Shown: positions 61,801 through 64,000 of the stretch, piece after piece
Layout: every line of letters begins with the position of its first letter
Numbering within the stretch: position 1 is the first letter of the stretch
Source of the DNA: Ascidiella aspersa
Taxonomy: Eukaryota
Length of the DNA: 64,000 nt
Reading direction: 5' to 3'
Assembly: GCA_963924565.1 (NCBI GenBank)
Contig: OZ004611.1
Span: 27,342,001-27,406,000, forward strand
Notes under the pieces: generated by a model
What the model saw: the letters and a program-made list of their open reading frames with translations, nothing else
Databases searched by the model: none
What the model was told of the DNA's origin: nothing
Program-made: the position numbers and the translations under genes

Positions 61801-63873
61801 CAGGGCGTCGAACTGTGGGCAGTATCCTGTGGTTTGTTGGGCAAGGAGGCGTTCCTGGGCGTTGCCCGATGCAACCCTGTGACCATCGATTACAATCTCA
61901 CCGCTGGTTACACCGGTGTCACCTGTGATACAACAGAACGTAAAATAACGAGACACATAATACGCGTAATATTACTATAGGCAGTGTTGTAACTAAGTGA
62001 TTTCAAAATGACCTAAGTCCAAGCCAATTCATAGGTAAAAAAACTTTAGTCAAAGTCAGGTACTTTTTAAAACAACAAGTCAAGTCCCAATCAAGTCATG
62101 ATTAGAGAAAGTCAATTCCACGTCAAGTCCTTGTCAAAAAACAGTACGGTAAACGGTAAACTATTAAAATCGTTAATCTCGACCGAGTATGAGAAAAAAT
62201 AACACAAACGCAACATGTAGCAAGAAAATTGTTTTATGTGAAAACTTAAATACAGTAACCCAATTTAAAAAAATACCTGAAAAAAAAGTTAAAATTTAGT
62301 GGGTTTACAACTAAAGGTGGATTAACGATAAAGCAAACGATGCATAATAACCTGGAAAAATTACCTTCCCAACGTTTTAATTGCAACTATGTTGAAACTC
62401 TTTCTAAACACATAACCTAAGCTGAACAAACAGCAAATTCACAGACATTTAAAAATTCAAAGACGTTTATGGACCCTGTAATGGCATTTCTAAAACAATT
62501 CAACAAAACTCGCACTTGGTAAAAATAGACAGGTTGACGTCAAACGCATTACCATTTTATGAGATTTCAACATTGATGCTAAACAACCAACAGTCAAATG
62601 CGACGAACGCAATAGCGTTTAATCGAATAATCACCTGTCATCATGGAGAAGGTTGTAGTCTTCCCGGCTCCGTTAACCCCGAGCAGACCGAAGCATTCTC
62701 CCCTCGCCACACCAAACGACAGTTTATTGACGGCAAGGACTCGGCCCTGAGTTGAAACAAAATTCGGGTTAACTCAGTTGATTTATATAACCAACACCAC
62801 GAAACAACTGATATCTAATAGTAAGATAGGATTATTAACAGGATTTTTCTTTTTTGAAGGAATATTTTTTCAACAAATAACAAAGTTGCATCGTGAGGTG
62901 ACGCTACATAGTTACAAATAAACGTGACGTCATATCAAGTATCAAGGACACCACGATGTTCGTTTATTTAGATTGCAGAGCGCGTTAGGCGAAAAAAAAC
63001 TTGAATATAGGTGCAGGGTGGCAACATAATTTTTTGAAAAAAAAACTTTGTAAAGAAAATTTGTAGATTTTTAAAGAAAACAAAACAGTATTTAAAGATT
63101 GTTTGGACGGCACTTTAAAAACACATTATTTAAGCTGAACTTTAGACTTTTGATTAACATCTGTTTTTTCAAAGAGTTTTAAAGATCCAAATACTTTGTG
63201 ACAATCCTGAGAAAGCAGTGGTTCTCTGCCAGTTTAATAAGTCACTGAATAAATGTTTTTTAGCCGTGATCAAAAAAGTTTCAGCGCTATATTAAACTGT
63301 TGGGTGCCTGAAATTAGAGCATGCAACCAATTTCAAGTATAAGTGTAACCCGATCAAGCTGACTGACTTCGGTAAGCCTTTCCAACCTTTAATAAATGAC
63401 CTTATTAAAATTTACGAAAATGTATTCGATTAAAGCACTCTAATTCAAGCCAACTCATTTGCATAAATGTGCGTCCAAGTCAAGTCAAGACCTAATTCAA
63501 GTTAAGTCTTTTTTTTAAAAAAAACTTAAGTCAAGTGAAGTGATTAAGTTATTACAACATTTTAACAACATACGTGTTTCTTGTTGTAAACTTTCGAAAC
63601 CCCGTCGACCACAATCAGATCATCGCGACCGCTTTCCGTCACGCGGTGGCGCTCGTTCGCCACGTCCACGTCCTCCAGTGACGTCATGCCACCGCGTGGG
63701 GGCGCTCTCGGGCCCGGTGTGACGTCACGACGACTGTTCCGCTTCCAGAAGAAGTTGACTTGGAAGAGCATGGTGATGACGATGCCGGCCACGCCCTCTA
63801 TCGCCATGGCAACCAGCTGACGCGTGACCAGGTCCCATTCGAAGGGAGAGCGAACTTTGTCGGTTTCGCCAAT
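55853..63873 (-). CDS. ABCA2: ABC transporter subfamily A member 2 orthologue, 3' part (end of TMD2, NBD2, C-terminus); continues beyond the window end
   Basis: Phase-consistent exons: 63873-63574, 62746-62635, 61922-61757, 60939-60755, 59727-59522, 57835-57509, 57068-56874, 55882-55853. Motifs: [19 protein letters not shown], Walker [78 protein letters not shown]. The acidic tail ending SLSFIDSTC resembles the vertebrate ABCA2 end as I recall it (..QLSFNTDTLC). Confidence 0.92.
58657..59000. repeat. Intronic direct repeat, two copies about 253 bp apart
   Basis: CCGTAAGTAATAGAAYGCTTACACAGTTAAATTCGCCATAAAA at ~58656 and ~58910. Confidence 0.8.
61020..61336. mobile_element. hAT MITE, CAGGGGTTCTTAAAC family
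   Basis: Termini TAGGGGTTCTTAAAC / GTTTAAAACCCCCTG; perfect TSD GTCTAACC. Confidence 0.9.
61353..61407. repeat. 19-bp minisatellite, about 3 copies
   Basis: ACTCTAAGAGGAGGATTAT repeated head to tail. Confidence 0.9.
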
Positions 63874-64000
63874 CTAGGAGAAAAAAATAGGTTTGGAATT
63901 TTGCGGGTGAAAAGTAACCTTGTAAACTACAGGTGGCGATGGAACATCAGTGTTGCAAAGTCATTTTGAAATAAACTAACTCCAAGTCAAATCATTTGTA

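Overview
AT-rich, intron-containing animal genomic DNA. The compact introns, dense hAT MITEs and strong excess of TGACGTCA suggest an ascidian/tunicate, but this is inference only. I spliced the genes by hand and checked reading-frame phase at every junction. (1) A 5' fragment of an RTE-clade LINE (minus, ~82-855) that begins with a complete HDV-like self-cleaving ribozyme fold. (2) An 18-exon, ~1011-aa cGMP-dependent-protein-kinase-like gene (plus, 9627-30520) with an intact kinase domain but two degenerate cyclic-nucleotide-binding pockets. (3) A minus-strand tandem cluster of small secreted, probably GPI-anchored proteins: signal peptide + unrecognised 50-aa single-Cys module + long-loop EGF + two cbEGF + Thr/Ala stalk + hydrophobic tail. 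It contains two complete paralogues (32732-39669, 45243-51667) and three orphan cassettes between them, all joined by phase-1 introns. (4) The last eight coding exons of an ABCA2 orthologue (minus, 55853-63873). Introns and intergenic DNA contain many non-autonomous DNA transposons (Buster/Charlie-type and Ac-type hAT, one Tc1/mariner-type foldback) and a GACTT/AAGTC-rich dispersed repeat. No rRNA, intact tRNA or CRISPR array was found.
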